Assembly: GCA_964632315.1 (NCBI GenBank)
Contig: CAZWEM010000005.1
Location: forward strand, 32,001-96,000
Origin: an uncultured archaeon
GTDB taxonomy: Archaea > Asgardarchaeota > Lokiarchaeia > Sigyniarchaeales > SOKP01
Direction of reading: 5' to 3'
Length of the DNA: 64,000 nt
The notes beneath the pieces are model-generated. The model saw nothing but the letters and a program-made list of their open reading frames with translations. It had not been told where the DNA came from and ran no database searches. The position numbers and the translations under genes are program-made. Of the stretch, positions 27,107 to 36,955 are shown piece after piece (within the stretch, counting starts at the first letter, position 1; each line of letters begins with the position of its first letter).

Positions 27107-27688
27107 TTAATTTTTCTCATTTTTGCGAATTAACCAATCTTTTTGAAGGTAACAATAATGCTTGACATCAAGGTATTCTCCATCTCTAAATGAATCTTCC
27201 TTTGAGCTACCTTCAAATCTAAAATTAAGTTTTTCTGCTACAGACCAAGATCCTTTATTTGGGAGTGCTACTGAACCACTTATTTTATTAAGATTAAGTT
27301 CTTCGAAAGCATATTTAAGCAAAAGTTCAACTGCTTCAGTAGCATAATTTTGATTCCAATAGTCCGTTTCTCCAATATTTGCATAAGCATTAGCCCAACC
27401 AGTAAACCAATTAATTCTACTCAGCCCTACTTCTCCAATTGGTTTATTATCAGTTTTGTGATAAACTACAAAACCGACCCATTCACCTAAACCTCCTTCA
27501 CGCACTCTTTCGAATCGTTGCTTCATGTTATCTTTAGTAGCTGGAAAAGGACCCCTTAGATATGTCCTTATTTTTGGATTATTTACCCAACGGACTCGTA
27601 TATCCACCCATTCCAATCGAGGAACTACTAAATCTACTCTTTCTCCTCTTAAGAAAGGTATAGGTTTTACTTGTTCTGTTTCAGCCAA
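27107..27688 (-). CDS. RimJ/RimL-type GNAT acetyltransferase
   Basis: YWNQNYATEA, NKGSWSVAEKLNF.FEG. Confidence 0.9.
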   Translation of the reverse strand: MAETEQVKPIPFLRGERVDLVVPRLEWVDIRVRWVNNPKIRTYLRGPFPATKDNMKQRFERVREGGLGEWVGFVVYHKTDNKPIGEVGLSRINWFTGWANAYANIGETDYWNQNYATEAVELLLKYAFEELNLNKISGSVALPNKGSWSVAEKLNFRFEGSSKEDSFRDGEYLDVKHYCYLQKDWLIRKNEKN

Positions 27689-27805
27689 ATTAATTCACTT
27701 AACTTTATTAATATATAACTAATTTAAACTCAATAAATAAATTGAAAAATTTCATTAAAATTTTTGTATTTCTGATTTCTGAAAGATTAAAATCAGACAT
27801 TATCA

Positions 27806-28996
27806 TCATAGGTAATCATTTTTCATTCGAGTAAATAACGTAAAAGCGATAATTGCACCTCCAACAAAAAGAAAGACATAAGAAATGTTTACAGTTCCAA
27901 TCACTCCTATGAGGAGATTAATTATTGCCATAAAAAAGCTTCCAAACATGTTTAATGTACTTAAAACTGTAGCACGTTCATCTGCTTCAATCTGTCTATT
28001 AATCCCATTTATATAAATTAAAGCGCGGGAATATCCAAATGCCACAATGAATAGAATAAGAAAGATCCCGATATATGGATTAATGTTGAAACTCATTAAG
28101 AGAAACGTAATTCCGTTAATCAAATCAATTATTATTAAAAAATAAAGCTTATTCTTGACTCTGGTCAAAATTCTAGGAATAATAAAACTAAATATTGCAT
28201 TTGTGATATTCATTCCAGCAGTGATAAAACCCCACCATAGTAATGGAACTCCGAGTGCTTGAAGATAAGGCTGATAAGTCCAAAAAAGCAGAAAAATAAG
28301 CGTGTTAATGAATAACCTATCAAAACATAGCGTCATCAAGATTTTATTTTTTCTTAATTCAATAAAACCTTGTTTTATTATGCTGAAATAGCTTTTATTC
28401 TCCTTTTCTTTTTTCTTATAGGGAGCCTCTTTAAAAGTAAATGCTACAATCAAACCGCCTATATATATTAAAGCTAAGCATGTCATTGTAAATTGGAGTG
28501 ATATATATTGAGCAATAACAGAACCAAGTGGAGCAGATAGAGTTAAAGCAATTAAATTGAATGTTTGGGTGTTCCCTAGAACCCTAGGAAGTTTCTCTTC
28601 GGCATTAAAGCTCTTCAGTGAACTATAGAGAAGTGCTTCATTTGTACCGGAGGATAGCGCGATACTTAAAGCCCATAAAGTCTCAGCAAGTACAAAGAGC
28701 AAGATATTAGCATAAGTACTATAAGCGAAAGCTGCTCCTATAACGCAAACAGATGAAAAGATTAAAGCCATTTTTCTCCCTATTAAATCTGCTATAGCCC
28801 CTGAAGGTATTTCAAATAAGAAGATGATAAACATAAAGTAACTTTGAAGTGCCATTATTTCAAAGAAGTTTAAACCCCCCCATTCGGTCATATACGCAAA
28901 ATAGACCCCTCTAACTGTGTGGACACCCATTATGAAACTATAAACATAATATTTATAGATATTCGATTTGTAATTTTCTTGATACATGGAGTTCAT
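27806..28996 (-). CDS. MFS transporter
   Basis: EIPSGAIADLIGRK motif A, about 12 TM segments. Confidence 0.88.
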   Translation of the reverse strand: MNSMYQENYKSNIYKYYVYSFIMGVHTVRGVYFAYMTEWGGLNFFEIMALQSYFMFIIFLFEIPSGAIADLIGRKMALIFSSVCVIGAAFAYSTYANILLFVLAETLWALSIALSSGTNEALLYSSLKSFNAEEKLPRVLGNTQTFNLIALTLSAPLGSVIAQYISLQFTMTCLALIYIGGLIVAFTFKEAPYKKKEKENKSYFSIIKQGFIELRKNKILMTLCFDRLFINTLIFLLFWTYQPYLQALGVPLLWWGFITAGMNITNAIFSFIIPRILTRVKNKLYFLIIIDLINGITFLLMSFNINPYIGIFLILFIVAFGYSRALIYINGINRQIEADERATVLSTLNMFGSFFMAIINLLIGVIGTVNISYVFLFVGGAIIAFTLFTRMKNDYL

Positions 28997-29128
28997 AATT
29001 ATTTTTTCAAAAACTCTTTGCTTTTTAATGATCGATTATTTAAATAGAAGTCTTTTTGAAGTCTTTCTAAAATAACTGAAGTAGGATTAAAGTGAATTAA
29101 GTTAATAGAGATTACTTCTGTTCCTTTT

Positions 29129-30340
29129 TTAATCTTCTTTACTTATATCTTTCATTAGTTGATTAATTACCTCATAACGAGTCAAAAATACCTCAATTAA
29201 ACTATTTTCAAACACCAATTTTGGTCCTTTTTTTAAATCATTTTTGAGAAAAAGAGCATCAATTTTTTCAGAACTAAGCCAATCAGCTATCAGGATCCCT
29301 TTTCTTTTCTCAGTATTTTTAAACTTATTAGGATAAACTTCAAATTTAATTAATTTCTTGTCTTCAAACAATAAAAATGCAAAAAATGGGGATTCGCCGA
29401 AATGATCACTAATTCTTGAATTGACACCATCATTATTTAATAAGGGAACAGCTACTTTTTCTTGCGTTTTTTCTTGATGCTGTGCAATTATCAGAACTCG
29501 GAAGATATTTGGATATTGATCTAAAATTTTTGCACTAAGTTTATCTTTTAATTCTTTTATTTGATAAAGTGGCATCTCTCTTTTTAACAATACTTCAATC
29601 TCTAAAAATGTATATTTCCCGTAACCCCTCACTGCCAATGACAATACATTTTTAACATGTGGAAAACTTTCAATTAGATTGTAAAGTTCATTTCTTTTAT
29701 CAAAATCAATTACAGCATCTAGAAGTGTCTTGGTAGAATAAATGAAAATATCATACCCTCCTTTAATCATAAAAACAACAATTATCAAGGCAAAGATAGA
29801 ATCTAAAAGATACAACTTGAAAATAGCTCCAATAAATCCTAATAGGACAGTAAAGGATACAAAACTATCATAAAACTTTTCCTTTGCTTCTGAATTTAGA
29901 ATTGGTGATTTTTCTTTTTTAGAGATAATTTTTAAGAAAATTGCAATTCCGATTGCGGTTATTTGTGATATTACAAGAAAAATAAGTACTTCAGAAGAAA
30001 CAAATATTTTTTTCTCAGTTCCAGTAAAAAATTTAAAAATATCAATAGAAGACTCTTGAATTATATTAAATGCCGTAAAAAAAATAAAAATTGAAATCAC
30101 CAAACTGATTATATTTTCTAACCTGTAGTATCCAAGAGGAAATCTCTCATTTGGCTTTTTATTTGCAAATATAACACCTACTAACGATGCAATTATCATT
30201 ACCAAGTCAGTCACATTATCAATCGCATCTGCTTGAAGAGCAATGCTCCTAGTTATTAAAGAGAAGAAGACTTTGAAAATAATAAGTATTAGCGTAATTA
30301 TAAACAAAAATACGTTGATTAAAACTGACTTCTCTTTCAT
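29129..30340 (-). CDS. Cation diffusion facilitator fused to NifB/NifX-like domain
   Basis: SIALQADAIDNVTD, FPLGYYRLE, dimerization domain, C-terminal ISDHFGESPFF. Confidence 0.85.
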   Translation of the reverse strand: MKEKSVLINVFLFIITLILIIFKVFFSLITRSIALQADAIDNVTDLVMIIASLVGVIFANKKPNERFPLGYYRLENIISLVISIFIFFTAFNIIQESSIDIFKFFTGTEKKIFVSSEVLIFLVISQITAIGIAIFLKIISKKEKSPILNSEAKEKFYDSFVSFTVLLGFIGAIFKLYLLDSIFALIIVVFMIKGGYDIFIYSTKTLLDAVIDFDKRNELYNLIESFPHVKNVLSLAVRGYGKYTFLEIEVLLKREMPLYQIKELKDKLSAKILDQYPNIFRVLIIAQHQEKTQEKVAVPLLNNDGVNSRISDHFGESPFFAFLLFEDKKLIKFEVYPNKFKNTEKRKGILIADWLSSEKIDALFLKNDLKKGPKLVFENSLIEVFLTRYEVINQLMKDISKED

Positions 30341-30443
30341 TTTGACTCCTTATAATTCGCTATTGTATCTAGTAAATTTATATTATAGTTGTAAGAAAAG
30401 TTAAAAAAAAATATATTTCTATAATTTTAATTTAGTGATTGCT

Positions 30444-30656
30444 TTACATTAATTTCATTGCTAAGTCCATATCTTCGAGGGTTAATTTCTTTCTCCCAGC
30501 ATGACGGGTCATTTCTAACGCTTTATTAGTCGCGCCTTTAGCTACTTTTTCTAAATAATCAATTAAGGCATCTACAGCTTCTCTTGCGACCATATCTGCG
30601 CCATTATCTTTCATTAACTTTCGAACAGGACTCCATGCAAAAACTTTTTTAGCCAT
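30444..30656 (-). CDS. Archaeal histone
   Basis: P.RKLMK..GA..V...A...HAGRKKL..ED histone-fold pattern, 70 aa. Confidence 0.93.
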   Translation of the reverse strand: MAKKVFAWSPVRKLMKDNGADMVAREAVDALIDYLEKVAKGATNKALEMTRHAGRKKLTLEDMDLAMKLM

Positions 30657-31496
30657 TTTTTTTATTCCTCCACTATTTAATTTTAAATCAAAATACGTTT
30701 TATTTTTAACAAAAAACGTCTTTAAATAATATTACTTTATTCAAATATATAAATATTACGGCAAATTACCGAAATTGTATGTTGGGGTTAATGAATTTTC
30801 CAAGATCATCAATTCGACAAAATAGCGATGTCTTAGAAGAAAGGCGGTAGATGTGGTTCTGAGCCATTAGATCTGAGATAATTTTTTAATCTCAATCTAA
30901 TCCAAGTATTGGTCAATATCTCATTACTTTCAATTCAGTTTAGTGAAATAATATTTCTAGTTTTCCAGTTTATATGTCAGCATTATAAAGATTAATTTCT
31001 ATGCATTACATGTTTCACTATAATATTGATGGGATTTGCATATATTTTTAAATTTAAATGGACATTGTTTAATACATTGACTTGCATTACTGTGTACTGT
31101 TTAATCAATATCATAGTTGGTTTTTCTTTTGTAGTTATTGATATCTTTAGTTTGATTTCTGGACACTTGTTAAATAGATTTATAACTGGTTTTCAATTAT
31201 GTATTGTATTTCATCCCAAAATATACATTCAAAGAGGATGTTTAATGTAGGGTCTAGTGTTCGATTTTATCTTCATATAAGTTATGATAGTTTCCATAGA
31301 TGGAACCTCATTGCTGGATTCGAGAATGTAATACCTAACAGATTCACAAAAGCCTATTCATTGTATACTTTATGGATTTCTTGATTAGTAATTTATATCC
31401 ACAACAATCGACACGACTTGGTCATAAAAGATTAATCTAATATTTTGTAGTAAATTCTCTAAAATATTATCATCCCCTATAATAAGGTTATTTTTG

Positions 31497-31823
31497 ATGG
31501 AAGAATCAGAAAAGAACAGAATTCTCGATATGCTGTTGGTATCGAAAATAGGCCAAAAAGCATTAAATAAGGTAAGTACATACAATCCAAATCTCATTGC
31601 TAATCTTTCTAAACAAGCCTATGATTTGTATATGATAAGGAAAAATATTTGTGAGGAAATATTTCCTGTAGTTACCACACCAAAAATAACTTTGAGTAAG
31701 GTTAAAGAATATATTCAGAATATGATAAATGAAAGTAATATTTTATTAGAGAAAGCAGAATCAGTAGAAGATAAAGAATTATTAAGTCTGAGAGTAGAAG
31801 AATTAAAAGATTTAATAAAATAA
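31497..31823 (+). CDS. Hypothetical helical protein
   Basis: Open frame with protein-like composition. Confidence 0.6.
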   Translation: MEESEKNRILDMLLVSKIGQKALNKVSTYNPNLIANLSKQAYDLYMIRKNICEEIFPVVTTPKITLSKVKEYIQNMINESNILLEKAESVEDKELLSLRVEELKDLIK

Positions 31824-31977
31824 CTTTTTACAAAGTAATTCTAAATTTATTTGTTTATGATATGAATTTGATAATTTGCAATTTTTGATTTCACGATATA
31901 GGAATTTAAACAGAAATTGATATATTTTATGGCTTACTGAATTACTCATCCTAAATCTATAAATTTCGTGGTTTCTC

Positions 31978-33045
31978 ATGAAAAAGGTTATTGCCATTAC
32001 TAAAGGAGATGGTGTAGGTCCCGAAGTCGTGAATGAAGGAATTAAGATTCTCAACATAATTTCAAAATATTCTGATTTTGAGTTCGAATTCAAAGATGCT
32101 CCTGCGGGAGGAGCTGTCTGGAAACATTTTGGGACAAATCTTCCAAAAAAATCATTTGAATTTATAAAAAGCGCTGATGCAGTATTATTTGGTGCGGTTG
32201 GACTGCCTGATCTGCCTCCTGGTACAGCAGAATCAGCGATATTAAAATTAAGGCAGGAACTAGATTTATACGTCAATTTGAGACCAGTTAAATTATTTGA
32301 AAGTATGAAAAATCGATGTCCACTTAAAGATGAATTTATTGGATCTGGGATAGATATAACCTTTGTGCGAGAAAATACTGAAGGTTTGTATGCAAATAAA
32401 GGAGCACTTCTTTCTGATGAAAAGGCTGAAAATTTAATGATCTACACCAGAACTGGATGCGAAAGAGTCATTAAATTTGCATTTGAACATGCAAAAACAC
32501 GTAGGCATAAAAAAATTACCTCTGTTGATAAAGCAAATTTATTATATCCAAGTAAACTTTGGAGAAAAATATTTCATGAAATTGCTGAATCTTATCCTAT
32601 GTTAGATTGTGAAGATATTTATATAGATGCCTTTTGTCAATGGTTAATTCGTACACCTTACAAATTCGAGACTGTAGTTACTGGAAACCTGTTTGGAGAC
32701 ATAATTAGCGATGAAGGGGCTTTTCTCATTGGAAGTTTAGGTATGGCATCAAGTGGAAATATCAATCCTGGAAATGTATCTGTATATGAACCCATACACG
32801 GTTCTGCCCCGGATATAGCAGGAAAAAATATTGCAAATCCAATTGGAACAATTTTAAGCGTAAAGCTAATGGTACAAGAATCGTTTGAAAATCAAGAATT
32901 AGCATCTGAGATAGAAAATGCGGTTGAAAAATCCCTATTTCTTGGAAGAACAAAAGATATTCAAGAAGAGGGATTTAAAACCTTAACTACTATCCAGATG
33001 GGAGACATAATAGCGCAAGAACTTAAAATGATACTCAAAGCTTAA
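31978..33045 (+). CDS. leuB: 3-isopropylmalate dehydrogenase family (isocitrate/isopropylmalate dehydrogenase)
   Basis: GDGVGPEV, NLRP, RENTEGLY, DKAN, NLFGDIISD, EPIHGSAPDIAG. Confidence 0.82.
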   Translation: MKKVIAITKGDGVGPEVVNEGIKILNIISKYSDFEFEFKDAPAGGAVWKHFGTNLPKKSFEFIKSADAVLFGAVGLPDLPPGTAESAILKLRQELDLYVNLRPVKLFESMKNRCPLKDEFIGSGIDITFVRENTEGLYANKGALLSDEKAENLMIYTRTGCERVIKFAFEHAKTRRHKKITSVDKANLLYPSKLWRKIFHEIAESYPMLDCEDIYIDAFCQWLIRTPYKFETVVTGNLFGDIISDEGAFLIGSLGMASSGNINPGNVSVYEPIHGSAPDIAGKNIANPIGTILSVKLMVQESFENQELASEIENAVEKSLFLGRTKDIQEEGFKTLTTIQMGDIIAQELKMILKA

Positions 33046-33056
33046 AAAAAATGTTT

Positions 33057-34607
33057 CTATAGGGCTCGAGTAGTAATAATCGCATTTAACATTACTTTAA
33101 TATCATCATAAATCTTTTCTCGATAATTAGATCCAATTTTAACAAATAACACTGAAATAAGTTTTTCTTCCAGATTTTCTTCAATGTTAAGTTCTTCCAT
33201 TAGAGTTGACCAATTTGTATTATCTGAGATTCTCATACCCACTATGACAACTCTCTTCTTCCTCATTTTCCGAATAATGTCAAGTAATATTTCTTTCCAA
33301 CTAAGATCAATATGATTCTTCTCTCGAACGTCAAAAATTATGAAAGCGCCATCTGTATTGGCCAAATTATAATTATCATAAGTAAAATTATTTAAAATTA
33401 GACCATTCTTATAAGCGTATAAACGTTCAACTGGACTATCTTTAATTATTGAATAACTTCCCAATTCCTCAATTTCTGTAATTGCCTGGAAACCAGGACT
33501 CCAACTCAAATTTTCAGTAATAAACGATAATTCTAATATGATCAAATCCTTTAATGTAGAAGTAATTTCTTCTGAAAGACTATTTTTAATGACATTTTTC
33601 TCTCTCTGTTTAGCTCTCAACAGATAATGATACGCAATAAGTTTAAAAGCATCTTCAACATTTTCTCCACTTAAAGCAGAAGTTTCAATATAAGAGACTC
33701 CCTCAGGAGACAATGAATTAGATAACTCTAATCCCTCCTCTCTAGAAATTTGTCTATTAGGAAGATCAAGCTTATTTGCTACTAAAACCACTGGTAAGTT
33801 CTCCTCTTCTGTAAAATCTAGTAGTTCTTGATACCAATTATTTATGTTTTCAAACGATTGACGGTTTGTTAAGTCATAAACGATAAATGCTGCTTCTGCT
33901 CCAGCATAATAGATTTTTCTAAAACGTTTAAAGAAAGTTTGTGCTCCAACATCCCATAAAGAAAGAGTAATCTCATTTCCTTGAAAAGTAAAAGAATGAC
34001 TCAATACGTTAAGACCAATTGTTGCTCGATAATCTCTAGCAAACTTTTTTTCGACAAACTGTCTAATTAATGACGTTTTCCCGACCTCATGGTCGCCTAC
34101 AATGATAAATTTGAAGGTGTAGATCCCTTTTTCTTCTCTTGTACTTACTTGATAAATTTGATCCTGTAATTTTTTATGTCGATCCTTTTGTTCTTCAAAA
34201 TCAGGAATTTCAAGCTGGATCACATCACCAAAATTAGCATGTAAAATCTGAGCTACTTTTTCAGCAAGGAAATAAGCATAAGGGGATATAATATCAACAG
34301 AAGACATACTTTTTAAAATTAAACTTAGTATCCTCTCTTTATCTATCGATATAAATAACAAACGATATTCATCCGTATCAAAGGATGACGTACCAAACGT
34401 ATGGAATGAATATTCTGTTCGAATTCTTGATAATATGGGATTAACCATAGTAGTAAGCACAGAAACTAATTCAAGATTGACCTCTTCCCTTTTCTCTCCA
34501 GCAATTATAAGCCCTTCAAAATCTGATACAATCAAGGCCTCCACATTTGTAAATCGTTCTAAAAAAGTGCTGAATAACTGAGAAAATAACTTGTTTCGAT
34601 TTAACAT
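33057..34607 (-). CDS. Roadblock + Rab-like small GTPase + degenerate GTPase-like domain
   Basis: N-terminal ALIVSDFEGLIIAG; GDHEVGKTS, YRATIG, WDVGAQ, NKLD, ETSAL; C-terminal DGAFIIFD. Confidence 0.85.
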   Translation of the reverse strand: MLNRNKLFSQLFSTFLERFTNVEALIVSDFEGLIIAGEKREEVNLELVSVLTTMVNPILSRIRTEYSFHTFGTSSFDTDEYRLLFISIDKERILSLILKSMSSVDIISPYAYFLAEKVAQILHANFGDVIQLEIPDFEEQKDRHKKLQDQIYQVSTREEKGIYTFKFIIVGDHEVGKTSLIRQFVEKKFARDYRATIGLNVLSHSFTFQGNEITLSLWDVGAQTFFKRFRKIYYAGAEAAFIVYDLTNRQSFENINNWYQELLDFTEEENLPVVLVANKLDLPNRQISREEGLELSNSLSPEGVSYIETSALSGENVEDAFKLIAYHYLLRAKQREKNVIKNSLSEEITSTLKDLIILELSFITENLSWSPGFQAITEIEELGSYSIIKDSPVERLYAYKNGLILNNFTYDNYNLANTDGAFIIFDVREKNHIDLSWKEILLDIIRKMRKKRVVIVGMRISDNTNWSTLMEELNIEENLEEKLISVLFVKIGSNYREKIYDDIKVMLNAIITTRAL

Positions 34608-34690
34608 AATTAAAGAATAGTAAGTTTGAATGTAAGTATCTTTGATTAATTAGTTAATAATACCCCACATTTTTAAAAATAGTTACATCA

Positions 34691-36256
34691 TCAACTATTG
34701 AGAATAGAGTTTAGCATAATTTGGAGTTGATCATATATCTCCAAGCGATATTCTGATCCAAGTTTAAAAAAGAGTACTGAGACTAATTTTTTCTCTAGAT
34801 AATCATTAATGTCTAAATCTTCCATAAATTTTGACCAATCAGTTTCTTTTGCAATCCTAACTCCTATCAAGGCGAATTTATTCTGTTCTAATTGAGCAAT
34901 AATATTTAGTATAATATTTCTCCATTCAGATTCTATTCCATTTTTATTTCTCCCATCAAATATGATAAAAACACAATCAGAATCTGAGACATCGAACTTA
35001 TCATACAAGAAGTTTTTTATCACCAATCCATTTGAATATTCATAGACGCGCTCTTCTTTAGCATCTTTAGTTTTCTCACATTCACACAATTCATTTACTT
35101 CATTTAGAATCTGAAACCCTGGACTCCAAAGGGCATTTTCAGTAATAAAAGTAATGGTGAGATTCTTGTTTTTTTCTAAAATTGAATTTAACTGTTTCAT
35201 AATATCTGATTTTAAAATATGCTCTTCTTTCTCCTTACTCTTCGTTATATAATGGTAAGAAATCAAACTAAAAGCATCCTCTACATTATCACCTGTTAGA
35301 GCACTCGTCTCAATGTAGGAGAGTCCTCCTTTGAGTGTTTTTTGAGATAAATCATCAATTTTGTTTATAGCTGATTGATAATCAACAATTCTTTCATTCT
35401 CAAGATCTAATTTATTTCCAACAATTACTATGGGTATTTGTTTCTCTCCAATGAATTTTTTCAACTCAAAGAACCATTTTTCAATATTTATAAATGAGTC
35501 TTTATTAGTTAAGTCATAAACAATAAAAGCTGCTTGTGCGCCTTGATAATATGTTTTTCTAAATCGCTTAAAATATTCTTGAGCTCCCACGTCCCATAGT
35601 GAAAAATGTATTTCATTTCCATAAAATTCAATGGTATGAGTGAGTATATTCAATCCAATCGTGGCACGATAATCTTCTGAAAACTTGTTTTCTACAAATC
35701 TTCGAACGATGCTTGTTTTTCCCACTTTATGATCTCCAAGAACTACGAATTTAAACCGATATTTCCCTCCAGAGTCTAACCTCATCTGATAAATTTGATC
35801 TTTTATTCTTGAGGACCTTTCATCAATTTCAGATTCTACTTCAAAATTTGGAAATGTTAACTGAATTAAATCTCCTTCACTTAGAGTTAGTACTTGTGCG
35901 ACTTTTTCAGCTAAAAAATACGCATAAGGGGATATAATGTCTATTGAACCTAAATTATTTAAAACAACACTGAGCGTAGTATCTTCATCAATTGAAATGA
36001 AGAGAAGCCGATAATCGTCAGTATCGAAGCTTGCTGTTCCAAATCTTTTAAAAGCAAACTCATTTCTGATTCTTTCCAATATTGGGTTAATTAAAGTGGT
36101 AAGTACTGAAATTAATTCCATATCCACACTTTTCTTTTTCTCTCCAGCAATAACAAAACCTTCATGATCCGATACAATCACAGCCTCTAACTGAGAATTG
36201 ATCTTTAGAAAACTTTTCAACAAATCCTTAAATAATTTATCTTGAGCGAGTGACAT
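34691..36256 (-). CDS. Roadblock + Rab-like small GTPase + degenerate GTPase-like domain (paralog)
   Basis: AVIVSDHEGFVIAG; GDHKVGKTS, YRATIG, WDVGAQ, NKLD, ETSAL; C-terminal SDCVFIIFD. Confidence 0.85.
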   Translation of the reverse strand: MSLAQDKLFKDLLKSFLKINSQLEAVIVSDHEGFVIAGEKKKSVDMELISVLTTLINPILERIRNEFAFKRFGTASFDTDDYRLLFISIDEDTTLSVVLNNLGSIDIISPYAYFLAEKVAQVLTLSEGDLIQLTFPNFEVESEIDERSSRIKDQIYQMRLDSGGKYRFKFVVLGDHKVGKTSIVRRFVENKFSEDYRATIGLNILTHTIEFYGNEIHFSLWDVGAQEYFKRFRKTYYQGAQAAFIVYDLTNKDSFINIEKWFFELKKFIGEKQIPIVIVGNKLDLENERIVDYQSAINKIDDLSQKTLKGGLSYIETSALTGDNVEDAFSLISYHYITKSKEKEEHILKSDIMKQLNSILEKNKNLTITFITENALWSPGFQILNEVNELCECEKTKDAKEERVYEYSNGLVIKNFLYDKFDVSDSDCVFIIFDGRNKNGIESEWRNIILNIIAQLEQNKFALIGVRIAKETDWSKFMEDLDINDYLEKKLVSVLFFKLGSEYRLEIYDQLQIMLNSILNS

Positions 36257-36359
36257 GATGAATTTTCGATTAAAATAGATATATTAACGTGTATTCACAA
36301 TATTTTTTTAGTTTTGCGATTAGTATTGCTAAATTTAATTATTAATTTTACTGATTATC

Positions 36360-36935
36360 ATGGTAAATTGCATAATCTGCCATTTAGAAATCAAAGATAT
36401 AGAACCTTTTTTATATTCATGTCCAAATGGGCATCAAGTTCATCAAGATTGTCTAAAAAGCTGGCTTTTACATTCAAATAATTGTCCCTTATGTCGAGAG
36501 CCTTATTCACCCAAAATAATTGCAAAATTTCAGAAATTTCTTGAAGAAGAACAAAAAAAAGAGCAAATGGAACTTGAAGCTAAAATAAGAAAAGAAAAGA
36601 AAATCGAAATTGAAAAGACAGCAAAAAGAATAACACTTTTAAAAATAAAAGAAAAGGTTGAGAATGATATAGTCCAAAAAGAATTTGAACAAGCTTTGGT
36701 TTATTTAGATTCTTTTGGAGATCTAACAATTACTACCAGTAAAGGACAAACAATACTTTTTTTAAAAGGAAAAGTTAATTATCATCGCGGGAGATACGAT
36801 CTCGCAATTAATCAACTTTTTAGACTTGTTAAGGAAAATTTTGATTTTCCTGAAGCTTTTTTATTTCTTGGAAAATCTTATGAGACTCTTGGTCTCTTGG
36901 ATAAGGCAAAATGGGCTTTTGAAAGAGTTAAATAA
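36360..36935 (+). CDS. RING-H2 finger + TPR protein (putative E3 ligase)
   Basis: CIIC...CPNGH..H..C...W......CPLCR; coiled coil; C-terminal TPR helices. Confidence 0.82.
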   Translation: MVNCIICHLEIKDIEPFLYSCPNGHQVHQDCLKSWLLHSNNCPLCREPYSPKIIAKFQKFLEEEQKKEQMELEAKIRKEKKIEIEKTAKRITLLKIKEKVENDIVQKEFEQALVYLDSFGDLTITTSKGQTILFLKGKVNYHRGRYDLAINQLFRLVKENFDFPEAFLFLGKSYETLGLLDKAKWAFERVK

Positions 36936-36955
36936 TTTAGATCCTTACTTAATTT

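Noticed and set aside
24727-30656. GNAT array as a histone acetylation system
   Set aside because: RimJ/RimL class rather than Gcn5/Elp3, histone has almost no tail, and two transporter genes intervene
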